Made by a program: the position numbers and the translations under genes. 32,000 bases of DNA from positions 4,650,001 through 4,682,000 of the forward strand of contig OZ245049.1 of the NCBI GenBank assembly GCA_965224465.1. Direction: 5' to 3'. The stretch comes from Flavobacteriaceae bacterium (GTDB lineage Bacteria; Bacteroidota; Bacteroidia; Flavobacteriales; Flavobacteriaceae). Below, piece by piece: positions 8,761 through 17,212 of this stretch; within the stretch, counting starts at the first letter, position 1; each line of letters starts with the position of its first letter. A model generated the notes under the pieces. It did no database searches, was not told where the DNA came from, and saw nothing but the letters and a program-made list of their open reading frames with translations.

Positions 8761-9321
8761 ATGATGCAAATTTTAGGTTACGTGATTATTGGCTTGGTGG
8801 TTTTAGGACTTACAAACACATTGGTTTCTATATACAACCGGTTGATAATGTTGAATTATAACATAGATAAATCTTTCGTAAACATCGATGTTCTTCTTAA
8901 ACAAAGAGCAGACGAAATACCGAACTTAATAAAGGTTGTAAAAGAATCAATAAAGTATGAAAGTGAAGTACTAACCAAACTTACTGAATTACGAACTGAT
9001 TTTTTAAAAGCTACTTCGGTGGAAGAAAAAGTAGTGCTTTCTGGAGAAATGCAGAACCAATTAAAATCAATTTTTGCGATATCAGAGAATTACCCCGATT
9101 TGAAGGCAAATAAAAACTTCCTAACGTTACAAAATCGCGTTTCTGGAATAGAAGATGCAATTGCAGACCGAAGAGAATTATTCAACGAAAGTGTAAACAT
9201 GTACAATATTGGTATTGCTGAATTTCCAAGTTTTATTTTAGCAAAACTACTATCGTATAAACAAAAACAACTTTTAAAAATAACTGAGCAAGAAAAAAAA
9301 TACGATGGAATTATCTTTTGA
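8761..9321 (+). CDS. lemA: LemA-family protein
   Basis: 186-aa ORF with one N-terminal TM. Family motifs are IYNRL, NIDVLLKQRADEIPNLIKVVK, ISENYPDLKANKNFLTLQNRVSGIEDAIADRRELFNESVNMYN and FPSFILAKL. Confidence 0.9.
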   Translation: MMQILGYVIIGLVVLGLTNTLVSIYNRLIMLNYNIDKSFVNIDVLLKQRADEIPNLIKVVKESIKYESEVLTKLTELRTDFLKATSVEEKVVLSGEMQNQLKSIFAISENYPDLKANKNFLTLQNRVSGIEDAIADRRELFNESVNMYNIGIAEFPSFILAKLLSYKQKQLLKITEQEKKYDGIIF

Positions 9322-9697
9322 TATTATTGAAATAATAAGGAGGATACACGAAGAACCAGGTATTTTGGTAGCTTTTGCTGCATTTCATCCGTTTGCTTTT
9401 TTGTTGCTATGCATTCCGTTTGGGGTTTTAAAGAAAACATGGAATTACACGCCAAACGAAAACATAGGATTGCTTTCGTTTTCGATAATTATGATTTTTG
9501 CTGTGGGATGGATTTTAGGCTTTGCTTCGCAAATTATGTTTTTGTTTATGGGAATTCCTGGGATAAAAATGTTTTTTATTTATCTATCAATGTATCTTTG
9601 TATCACTGCATTTATAATAGTTAATGGAAGAGATTTACTTAATAAATATTTTAAAAAAAATCAGTTATTAAAAGCAATAAGATATAAAAAAAAATAG
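9305..9697 (+). CDS. Small integral membrane protein (about 4 TM), unknown family
   Basis: 130-aa ORF whose ATG overlaps the lemA 3' end by 17 nt, which suggests translational coupling. Hydrophobic segments are VAFAAFHPFAFLLLCIPFGVL, IGLLSFSIIMIFAVGWILGFA, IMFLFMGIPGIKMFFIYL and LCITAFIIV. The tail is basic. Confidence 0.6.
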   Translation: MELSFDIIEIIRRIHEEPGILVAFAAFHPFAFLLLCIPFGVLKKTWNYTPNENIGLLSFSIIMIFAVGWILGFASQIMFLFMGIPGIKMFFIYLSMYLCITAFIIVNGRDLLNKYFKKNQLLKAIRYKKK

Positions 9698-9758
9698 GGT
9701 ATTTGTACTAAACCTAAAGTTATGTGCTTATTAGCAGAGCCCCGTTAAATATAAAATT

Positions 9759-10049
9759 TGGAGTGTCTACATTTGTTGTGACGGTTTTATGAAGCCTATT
9801 AATTTATATATTTGAATTAGGGGAAGAAAAAAGCATGATAATCAGTTCAAGTAAAGTCCGGAATGCAAGCAAAACAAGATTAGTACAGATTACGAGTTGG
9901 ATGTAAGTATGATGTCTCGATGGAAGCGAGAATACAAGATTAAATCGGGTTACTTTTCTAAAAAGAAAGAGTCAACCAAGGATGAAGTGGAGCTAAAGGC
10001 GTTAAAAAAGGAACTTCGTAACGTAACCATGGAGCGTGATATATTAAGA
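9759..10049 (+). pseudogene. IS3-family remnant (orfA with an in-frame stop, truncated by IS30 copy 2)
   Basis: A single frame reads IRGRKKHDNQFK*SPECKQNKISTDYELDVSMMSRWKREYKIKSGYFSKKKESTKDEVELKALKKELRNVTMERDILR. This matches the IS3 OrfA pattern (RRK...EFK, HTH, L.RW..EY, leucine-zipper ELK.LKKEL, ERDILKKA). There is a TAA stop at 9852-9854 and no start codon. The reading frame is cut at the IS30 end (10050). Confidence 0.65.
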
Positions 10050-11175
10050 GCTGAATTCAAGTCACAAACGCAACTTTTAGTTAAATAATAATTGTTCCAT
10101 TACAAATATAGGGTTTTGATATTTATGTCTCTTCCTAGGTCTGTTATTTAATTTTGTTTCTACCTCTTTGATTCTTTGATCTGTTAGGTTTGTAAAGTCA
10201 CTTCCTTTGGCAAAATATTGTCTAATCAAACCATTTAAATTTTCGTTAGATCCTCTTTCCCAAGAGTGATATGGATGCGCAAAAAAGTAATCAATACATA
10301 AATTTTCTGCAACCTGCTCATGGCCTGCAAATTCTTTTCCATTATCAGCTGTTATAGTATGTAGATAAGGCTTCCAGTCTTCTAATATTTCATTGATAGC
10401 TTTAGTGACAACAACTGCTTCTTTAGAGCTTACTTTTTTCATTTTAAGCATTCCAGAAGCTCTATCATTTACGGTAAGTATGGCTTGATTATGGTTTTTA
10501 CCTATGATTAAATCGACCTCTAAATCTCCAAATCGATTTCTTTGTTCAACAACTTCAGGGCGTTGTTCTATACTAATACGATTCTTTATAACCCCTCTAG
10601 AATCCTTTGATGAGCCACGTTTTCTATATCTCCTTCCCTGTCTGCGAAGGTGTGTATGTAAATCACCATCATTCCTCTTGTCTTCCCTAATATGCTGATA
10701 TATACGCTCAATAGACACCGTTTCTTTACCTTGTTTTTTTAGGACACCAACTACTTGCTCAGGACTATAATCGTCTCGCAATAACAACTCTATTGCTTGT
10801 TGAATATCTTCTGTAAAGCGTTTTCTTTTAGGCTTTTCTTTATGACGTTTAGCATACTTTTTTTGGGCTAATTCATGCTTGTAAACTCCATTTCTTTTGT
10901 CTGAATTACGCTTAATCTCTTTGCTAATAACAGACTTGTCTTTTCCTATAGCAGCTGCTATCTCAACCTGTTTATAACCTTGTTTTAACATGCAACAAAT
11001 TGTGTATCTTTGCGCTTGGGTGATGTGTTTCATACAACTTCTTTTTTCGAGATTTGAGACCGTAAGATACATATCCATCAAGACAAGAAAGGTAGGTTTT
11101 CCTACTTTTCTGTTTTGAAAATATAACCATCATAGAATCAAATCGAAAAGTTGCGTTTATTAGTTGAATTTAAGA
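10050..11175 (-). mobile_element. IS30-family insertion sequence, copy 2 (direct repeat of copy 1)
   Basis: See copy 1. It has the same orientation and encodes an identical 334-aa transposase. Confidence 0.85.
10077..11081 (-). CDS. IS30-family transposase (identical to 4947-5951)
   Basis: The 334-aa protein in the track is identical to that of copy 1. Confidence 0.9.
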   Translation of the reverse strand: MMDMYLTVSNLEKRSCMKHITQAQRYTICCMLKQGYKQVEIAAAIGKDKSVISKEIKRNSDKRNGVYKHELAQKKYAKRHKEKPKRKRFTEDIQQAIELLLRDDYSPEQVVGVLKKQGKETVSIERIYQHIREDKRNDGDLHTHLRRQGRRYRKRGSSKDSRGVIKNRISIEQRPEVVEQRNRFGDLEVDLIIGKNHNQAILTVNDRASGMLKMKKVSSKEAVVVTKAINEILEDWKPYLHTITADNGKEFAGHEQVAENLCIDYFFAHPYHSWERGSNENLNGLIRQYFAKGSDFTNLTDQRIKEVETKLNNRPRKRHKYQNPIFVMEQLLFN

Positions 11176-11241
11176 GACGTTAGCCATGATTCTCCAAAAA
11201 CCACAGAGATTTACACCAAGACCATCGAAATAAACAATTGA
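11176..11241 (+). pseudogene. C-terminal stub of a tyrosine recombinase/integrase
   Basis: Immediately after the IS30 end the + strand reads DVSHDSPKTTEIYTKTIEINN*. The pattern (G)H.S..TTEIYT is the conserved C-terminal motif that carries the catalytic Tyr of phage-type integrases. Only 21 codons remain. Confidence 0.5.
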
Positions 11242-11425
11242 AAATTCGTAGGACCGTTTGGGGATTTAAAAAATTTGAATACTTTTAATAAAAAAACAAC
11301 ACATACCCCAAAACTATTATGTATATAACGGAAATAACGTCAAGTTTTGGAAGTTTATTGATGATATATGGGGTAGCTTTAATGCAAAAAAAAATACATA
11401 ATTCATCAATTTTAAAGAATTTAAA

Positions 11426-12022
11426 ATGCAAAAAACAATCATTCTAATAATATTACTTTTCGCTTACGTGAATGTTTATTCACAGAGTAAATATTTGAAT
11501 GATAATTTTAATTATCTGATAAGACAATCTGTGGGCGACCTAAACAACGATGGCCTATTAGACAAGGCTATCATATCCATGGATACGGTAAACAAAACAA
11601 GACCACTGAGACTGCAAATCTTCTTTTCTCAACCAAACGGGATGTTTAAATTATTTTTTTCGTCTACCGAAATAATTGAAGCAATGTATCCTATTAAAAA
11701 AAATGGGGAGCATAATGGTAGTCAAATTCCAGATGTTTATATTGAAGAAGGAAAGTTACAGTTAGACTTTTACATAAAAGGGAATTCTCGATATGAATTT
11801 ATAGTTAAAAACGGAAAAATTGAGTTAATTTATTTTAGTTATGTTAATTGGGACGGTATAAATATTACCGAAACAGAATTTAATCTACTAACTGGAAAAT
11901 ACACAAAACAATCTGAAATAATCGAAACTTCTGAAATTACGTTAAATATTAAGAAAGAAGTACATATAAGACCATTGCCCCAACTTAACAGTTTTAAGCC
12001 ATTTGAAAATGAATTGTACTAA
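11426..12022 (+). CDS. Secreted hypothetical protein
   Basis: 198-aa ORF with a signal peptide (IILIILLFAYVNVYSQ). It contains one DLNNDGLLD (FG-GAP/VCBS-like Ca-binding-type) motif. I recognise no family. Confidence 0.55.
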   Translation: MQKTIILIILLFAYVNVYSQSKYLNDNFNYLIRQSVGDLNNDGLLDKAIISMDTVNKTRPLRLQIFFSQPNGMFKLFFSSTEIIEAMYPIKKNGEHNGSQIPDVYIEEGKLQLDFYIKGNSRYEFIVKNGKIELIYFSYVNWDGINITETEFNLLTGKYTKQSEIIETSEITLNIKKEVHIRPLPQLNSFKPFENELY

Positions 12023-12219
12023 AAGTCAAATAACTAACAATATTTATTAATACAGAAAAATCATTAGAAGATAGTTGAATTGCAATGAATAAAAAGGCAC
12101 CAAAAGCTAATAAGGTATAAAAAATAATAAGGGTTAAGTGCCAAACCCAACGTAGCTATATGTTAACGAAGTCAGCCAGATTTACAATTTGGCTAAGTAT
12201 TAACCTATAAAGTCCGTGC

Positions 12220-12259
12220 TTTTTAACCGCCCTACGATTTATTATACCGAACGTTACCA
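12220..12259 (+). repeat. ~40-bp motif, copy 2
   Basis: CTTTTTAACCGCCCTACGATTTATTATACCGAACGTTACCAC lies 9 bp upstream of the S41 peptidase ATG. It matches 6097-6136. Confidence 0.6.
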
Positions 12260-12267
12260 CACATAAG

Positions 12268-13731
12268 ATGAAAACAAAATCCATAATATTTATAATTATC
12301 TTTTTCCCTTTTTTCGTTTTTGGTCAAGAAGAACTGACAAAAGAACAAGTAACTGAGGACTACACCATTTTAAAGAATGTCCTTAGCAAAGGCTATCCAA
12401 GCCTGTATGAATATACTTCTCAATCTGAATGGGACAGCTTATTTACAAACTTTGAAAAGGAAAAACTAAGCACTGTTAAAAGTATTAGTGATTTATACAA
12501 ATCCATTACAGAGCTGACTGACTATACCAAAGATGGACACTTAATAGTTATGCGTCCACAACTTACTACAATACCTAAATTATTTCCATTATTACTAAAA
12601 ATAATTGACCAGAAATTTTATACTGATACGGATGATTTTGGAATTCCAACAGGGTCTGAAATAATTTCCATAAATAATATGAGTGCAAAAGAATTAAGAA
12701 ATAGGTTTCTAAAATATGCTCCTTCAGATGGATATAATACGAGTAAAAAAGATAGACAGATAGAACGAGAATTTGGCATTCTACATTTCTATGAATTTGG
12801 TATTAAAGACACTTACCAAGTAGTATACAAAACATTTTCGAATCAGGTATTCAAAAAGAATATTGAAAGTCAATCTTTTGAAAGTATTGGTGGCAGATTT
12901 GTGAATAGAAATTCCTATTTTTCAACATATCATAACGCAAAGAACAAAATTGAATTTGTAAAGAACACAATAGGTAAAAGAGAACCATTCACATATTTTA
13001 TTGACTCTCTAAATACAGCTGTTTTGACAATAAACTCCTTCCAGTTAGATGTTGATAAATTTCAATCGGAATTAAAGATTTTTTTTAAAAATTTCAATCG
13101 AAAAAAGATTCAAAATCTCATTATTGATATCAGACAAAATGAAGGAGGATATCCATTAAATAGTATTAACGCTTTTTCATACATAGCAAATAAATCATTC
13201 AAACAAAGAAAATCAACAAGCGTAATTACTTCTAGCTTGCCAGAAGAAAAATACAGCCAAAATTTAGTGAATGGATATACTTATAAAACATTTTTCGAAA
13301 AGTATTACCAGAATTCTTCAAGGAAAGAAAACGAATGGATATCAATGACTGATGAGAATGAACCATTTATGATTCCAAACAAAAAAGGGTTTAAAGGGAA
13401 AACTTATGTATTAATTGGAGGGAAAACTTTTTCAGCAGGCTCAAGTTTTGCGCTATTCTGCAAGAATCAAGGTGTTACATTAATTGGGGAAGAAACAGGT
13501 GGAGGATATTACACGCAGACAGCTGGATATCCAATAATCTACACATTACCTAATTCAAAAATTAAAGTGTTGATTTCGTTTATGAAGATAAATCGATATA
13601 TCATAGATAAAACCGTAAAGAAAGGCACTGGAATTTTACCGGACACTCAAATTCCTTTCACAATTAAAGACTTAATTGAAGGGAAAGATAATCAGTTAGA
13701 TTACATCATCAAACAGATTGGTAATAACTAA
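12268..13731 (+). CDS. Peptidase S41 family protein (tail-specific-protease-like), secreted
   Basis: 487-aa ORF with a signal peptide. LIIDIRQNEGGY and VLIGGKTFSAGSSFA correspond to the S41 IDLR.N.GG and catalytic T.SA(A/G)E-type regions. Confidence 0.7.
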   Translation: MKTKSIIFIIIFFPFFVFGQEELTKEQVTEDYTILKNVLSKGYPSLYEYTSQSEWDSLFTNFEKEKLSTVKSISDLYKSITELTDYTKDGHLIVMRPQLTTIPKLFPLLLKIIDQKFYTDTDDFGIPTGSEIISINNMSAKELRNRFLKYAPSDGYNTSKKDRQIEREFGILHFYEFGIKDTYQVVYKTFSNQVFKKNIESQSFESIGGRFVNRNSYFSTYHNAKNKIEFVKNTIGKREPFTYFIDSLNTAVLTINSFQLDVDKFQSELKIFFKNFNRKKIQNLIIDIRQNEGGYPLNSINAFSYIANKSFKQRKSTSVITSSLPEEKYSQNLVNGYTYKTFFEKYYQNSSRKENEWISMTDENEPFMIPNKKGFKGKTYVLIGGKTFSAGSSFALFCKNQGVTLIGEETGGGYYTQTAGYPIIYTLPNSKIKVLISFMKINRYIIDKTVKKGTGILPDTQIPFTIKDLIEGKDNQLDYIIKQIGNN

Positions 13732-13760
13732 GATTCATGCGGTGCGTAGCGCCCAAGATG

Positions 13761-13843
13761 AACATCCTGTTGAGGATGCCAGCTCAAAAGATACTACTAT
13801 GTGGATTGCGTGCAATTAATTAAGAGGCTATTGACAAAAATCT
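13761..13843 (+). pseudogene. Second copy of the IS256-like fragment seen at 6746-6827
   Basis: AACATCCTGTTGAGGATGCCAGCTCAAAAGATACTAC(T/G)ATGTGGATTGCGTG... is shared by both loci, near-identical by eye. It reads HPVEDASSKDTTMWIA, plausibly the decayed (I)LP.VE.WQ.R...WIDA segment of an IS256 transposase. Confidence 0.45.
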
Positions 13844-13884
13844 TGATGGATGCCAGTTATTTTCAGGTCATTTGCTCCCTCAGA

Positions 13885-13968
13885 CTTTCGTAGGAATTAT
13901 TTGTAGCGTTTTTTGATATTGATTGCTGTTGAATAGCAGGATTTAGGCATGCGTTTCCCATTACGCAG
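13885..13968. repeat. Repeat family B, copy 1
   Basis: CTTTCGTAGGAAT...TGTTGA.AAGCAG..TTTA..CATGCGTTT....A.ACG.AG aligns by eye with 17013-17097, with roughly two thirds to three quarters of positions matching. Coding status is unclear. Confidence 0.45.
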
Positions 13969-14383
13969 TTATGATTGTTTAGGAGAACATACTTTTTATA
14001 CATTGCAATGATGTGTTGCATTTTTCTGTAATTAGGCCGCTGTATGTGGTTTATTCTGGGCGATTGTACAAGTTTGTAAAGGTGTTTGTTTAATCGTAAA
14101 TAAGCATCATTTAAAACCTAATATTCTATACCATTGTGTCTTAATTAATAAATATTCACGGGATTTCATTTTATGGAGTTTATGAGCACTACACCATTCA
14201 GAATGTTATGTCTGCAGATTTGGGGTTTGCATCCTCTAGATTAATTAACTACCTTTCCATAGTTAAAAGTTACTCGTGCTAGTCACACATAAAGTCTATT
14301 GCTTTCCTTGCGGGATAGAAGCGTACAAGTACAGAACGATGTAAAACAATGATAGATAAACCTTAAAAGCATAGTAATAAAAT

Positions 14384-15052
14384 ATGATTTGTTCCGTCTG
14401 TTCAAATGAAATATCAGGAAATTATTGTTCAAAATGCGGTCAGTATTTCAAAAATGAAAGAATTTCTACGAGAACAATAGTAACAGATTTGTTTGGAAAT
14501 ATTTTCTCTTTAGAAAAATCTTTTATTAAGAACATCGTTATAGGATTAACAAATCCCAAAATACTTATTTCAAATTATTGGAAAGGATTTAGAGGGTATT
14601 ATTATAGCCCTAGTAAATTTTTGGCAATTGCATCATTGTTTTTCTTAGTCCAAATAATGATTTTTAATGATTTCCTAGGAGTCATTGTTACAAGTAAATT
14701 TGCGCAACAGTTTTCATTGATTTTTATAGTTGTTTTGTTGTTTTCTATATCAGGTTTTATAAATTACCTAAACTATAAAAAAAGCTTCTATGAACACCTT
14801 ATTTTGAATATCTATAATGTGAGTCTGTTTTCAATAGTTTTCAGTCCAATATCAGTAGTATTAAATTTATTGAACTCTCATAAAACTATTAAATTTGGAT
14901 TCTTATTCTTGTTTTTATTGTTCATAATAATTTGGAATTCCCGAGTGTTTAAAATGAGTCAAATAAAACGTTTTTTTTATGTCTCTTTGAATTGGATTAT
15001 CATTTTTGCGATGCTGTGCTTATTATACTTTTTAGGAGTCTTTCGAGTTTAA
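14384..15052 (+). CDS. Zinc-ribbon membrane protein (DUF3667-like)
   Basis: 222-aa ORF. The N-terminus has CSVCSNEISGNYCSKCGQYF (C..C...C..C). The stretch YWKGFRGYYYSPSKFL is followed by about 4 TM helices, the architecture typical of Bacteroidota DUF3667 proteins. Confidence 0.6.
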   Translation: MICSVCSNEISGNYCSKCGQYFKNERISTRTIVTDLFGNIFSLEKSFIKNIVIGLTNPKILISNYWKGFRGYYYSPSKFLAIASLFFLVQIMIFNDFLGVIVTSKFAQQFSLIFIVVLLFSISGFINYLNYKKSFYEHLILNIYNVSLFSIVFSPISVVLNLLNSHKTIKFGFLFLFLLFIIIWNSRVFKMSQIKRFFYVSLNWIIIFAMLCLLYFLGVFRV

Positions 15053-15215
15053 CGGGTTTAATTACGCTAAAAATAAAATGTGACAGTCAAAAAAACAAAA
15101 GTAAAATAGGTGTATTTAGCTAAGTAATAAATTGGAATAAAGTGCATGTTAACAGATTTTTGTTTTTTATAGAAGCCTATCGTTGTCAGCACCAGAAATT
15201 AATACCATATTAAAT

Positions 15216-16892
15216 ATGTTAAGAATAATAACCTTTATTTTTGTTTTATGCACAACAATAAGTTGCTCTCAAAACAAGCGTATAATACCTGAATTAGTAG
15301 AAACATTTACGGAACCAATAATAAATGATAGTTTGACAGTTGAATTGTCTAATTGTAAGTATTTTGATGAAGATATTTATATTATAAATCCGGGCTATGT
15401 AATTTATGAAAATTGTAATACAAGAAAATATCTTTACCCAAACCTATCAAGTTTTAGGTTTCCAAAGCATAATGAAAGAGGTTTTTTTGCATTAGATAAA
15501 CACGGCGTATATTTTAGAGGAAATCTAATTAAAATCGACACTACAGGTTTTGAAATTATAGGCAGCAATAATGATTATAATAACCCAGAAATTTTATGGA
15601 AAACAAAAAATGAAGTTTATAAAAACACCAAACCTATTCCTGTTTCTGACGTCGCAAGTTTTAAACCTTTAGAATGTTTTAATGGCTCTTATTTTAAAGA
15701 TAAAAATTATGTGTACTACTTTGATAAAAAAATAGATGGCTCAGATGGTTCTAGCGTTGTTGAAACTTGTGGTAACTTTTGCTTTGATAAAAAGCAATCT
15801 TATTTAGATGGTAAAATCGTAACATTCGATACAGAAAAAGTAATTCCAATTAATGCTGTAATTTTTAAAACATCAAAATATGTGCTTACAAAAAAATTTG
15901 AGAAGCTAGATATGGATGCTTCAACAATTGTAGGCTTATCAAAATCATACTCAATAGATAAAAATTATGTCTATTACAAAACAGAAAAATCACCTATAAA
16001 GCCAGTACATTTTAAATATATAAAAGTTTGGGATCAAGTAAATAGTGCGTATGTTTCGGACGGACAAAAGGTATATGATCGAAATTACGATTTAAAAAAT
16101 ATTTTTGATGCCAAAACATTTTGGATGCTACCACATTCGGATTTTTGTGTTGATAAAAATGGCGTTTACAAGAGAGAATGGAATAAAGAAAAAAAAGAAA
16201 TAAAATACGTAAAATTCCCATTTAAATATGCTGCGTTAGTCACTCAAAAAAACACATTTATAACGGATGATTCAAAATATATTGTATATAAAAACCAAGC
16301 CTATGATCCCTGGGGTAAAGTCTTGTATGAGAACTTAACAGAAAAGCAACTAGTACGTGCTAGAGAAAACAAATTGTTTATTCGTAAAATAGCTGCTAGA
16401 ATAATTCCTGTTGATAAAGAATATGACTATTTATTAACTAAAAAAGGAAAGAACATCTACTGGGGGGATACGGTAACAATTGCTGACGGAGAAAGCTTTG
16501 AATCATTAAATTACGTTTATTATAAAGATAAAAATAAGGTGTATTATTATGATAGAATAAGAGGGCTAATAAGTCTGAAAGGAATTGATGCGGAAACAGT
16601 GAAATTCGTGAATATTTCGGAATTTGACAATGTTTTTTTAGCGGATAAAAATTACATCTATTATTGGAAAACACGCCTGTTAAAAAATAAAAACCTTGAA
16701 CTCTTAGGTGTTTTTACTGGGTACAGAATGGGGTGTAGTTTGGATGAAACACCTACCTCAAACTACTATTTATTTAAAAATGTAGATGGTTATTGGCTTG
16801 TTCTAATTTCAGACAAAGTGTTTATTAGAAAATTAGGCAATTCGTTAAACGAAAATTGGAATATGAATTCAGGAGTTTTTGAAATTAGATAA
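15216..16892 (+). CDS. DKNYY-repeat family lipoprotein
   Basis: The track ORF starts at TTG 15183. I prefer ATG 15216 (MLRIITFIFVLCTTISCSQ, a lipobox with Cys). D(K)NY(V/I)YY-type repeats recur: KDKNYVYYFD, IDKNYVYYK, VDKNGVYKR, KDKNKVYYYD and ADKNYIYYW. Confidence 0.75.
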   Translation: MLRIITFIFVLCTTISCSQNKRIIPELVETFTEPIINDSLTVELSNCKYFDEDIYIINPGYVIYENCNTRKYLYPNLSSFRFPKHNERGFFALDKHGVYFRGNLIKIDTTGFEIIGSNNDYNNPEILWKTKNEVYKNTKPIPVSDVASFKPLECFNGSYFKDKNYVYYFDKKIDGSDGSSVVETCGNFCFDKKQSYLDGKIVTFDTEKVIPINAVIFKTSKYVLTKKFEKLDMDASTIVGLSKSYSIDKNYVYYKTEKSPIKPVHFKYIKVWDQVNSAYVSDGQKVYDRNYDLKNIFDAKTFWMLPHSDFCVDKNGVYKREWNKEKKEIKYVKFPFKYAALVTQKNTFITDDSKYIVYKNQAYDPWGKVLYENLTEKQLVRARENKLFIRKIAARIIPVDKEYDYLLTKKGKNIYWGDTVTIADGESFESLNYVYYKDKNKVYYYDRIRGLISLKGIDAETVKFVNISEFDNVFLADKNYIYYWKTRLLKNKNLELLGVFTGYRMGCSLDETPTSNYYLFKNVDGYWLVLISDKVFIRKLGNSLNENWNMNSGVFEIR

Positions 16893-16899
16893 ACGGCCA

Positions 16900-16965
16900 A
16901 AATTACAAACACAGTATAAAACAAACTATTTATATAGGTCATTTTGGATTTTAATTGGTGTAATA
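16900..16965 (+). repeat. Repeat family A, copy 3 (right half)
   Basis: AAAACAAACTATTTATATAGGTCATTTTGGATTTTAATTGGTGTAA. Confidence 0.7.
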
Positions 16966-17012
16966 ATGGTTTTAGTGCCACATTCAAGAACACGTGCTTT
17001 CACTCTAACGCT

Positions 17013-17097
17013 CTTTCGTAGGAATCGGTTTGAACTGTTTATGGATACTGATAGGTGTTGACAAGCAGTGTTTAAACATGCGTTTTTAGATACGTAG
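17013..17097. repeat. Repeat family B, copy 2
   Basis: See 13885-13968. It is overlapped by three mutually exclusive short track ORFs, none convincing. Confidence 0.45.
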
Positions 17098-17212
17098 CAG
17101 AGATGGGTTCGTTTTTTCTTGTGTTTTAAAAACAACAGGAGCTATTTCTCTTGGGGAAATAGGGGCATGGTTGTGTGGATATGATATCTCGAGTTTTTTT
17201 GTACTTATATTT

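Noticed and set aside
10040-10050. Left flank of IS30 copy 2 (TTAAGAG) resembling the IS30 right end (TTTAAGA), suggesting an IR-IR junction
   Set aside because: The similarity is only about 6 bp, and the bases are fully explained as the ERDILR codons of the IS3 orfA remnant.
16012-16674. Two minus-strand ORFs (16012-16221, 16438-16674)
   Set aside because: Both are antisense within the DKNYY gene, whose repeat motif is clear on the + strand.
16790-17135. Three short ORFs (16790-16993 minus, 16879-17061 plus, 16926-17135 minus)
   Set aside because: They overlap each other and cover repeat-A copy 3 and repeat-B copy 2. None has a motif, and they are best explained as chance frames across repeat DNA.
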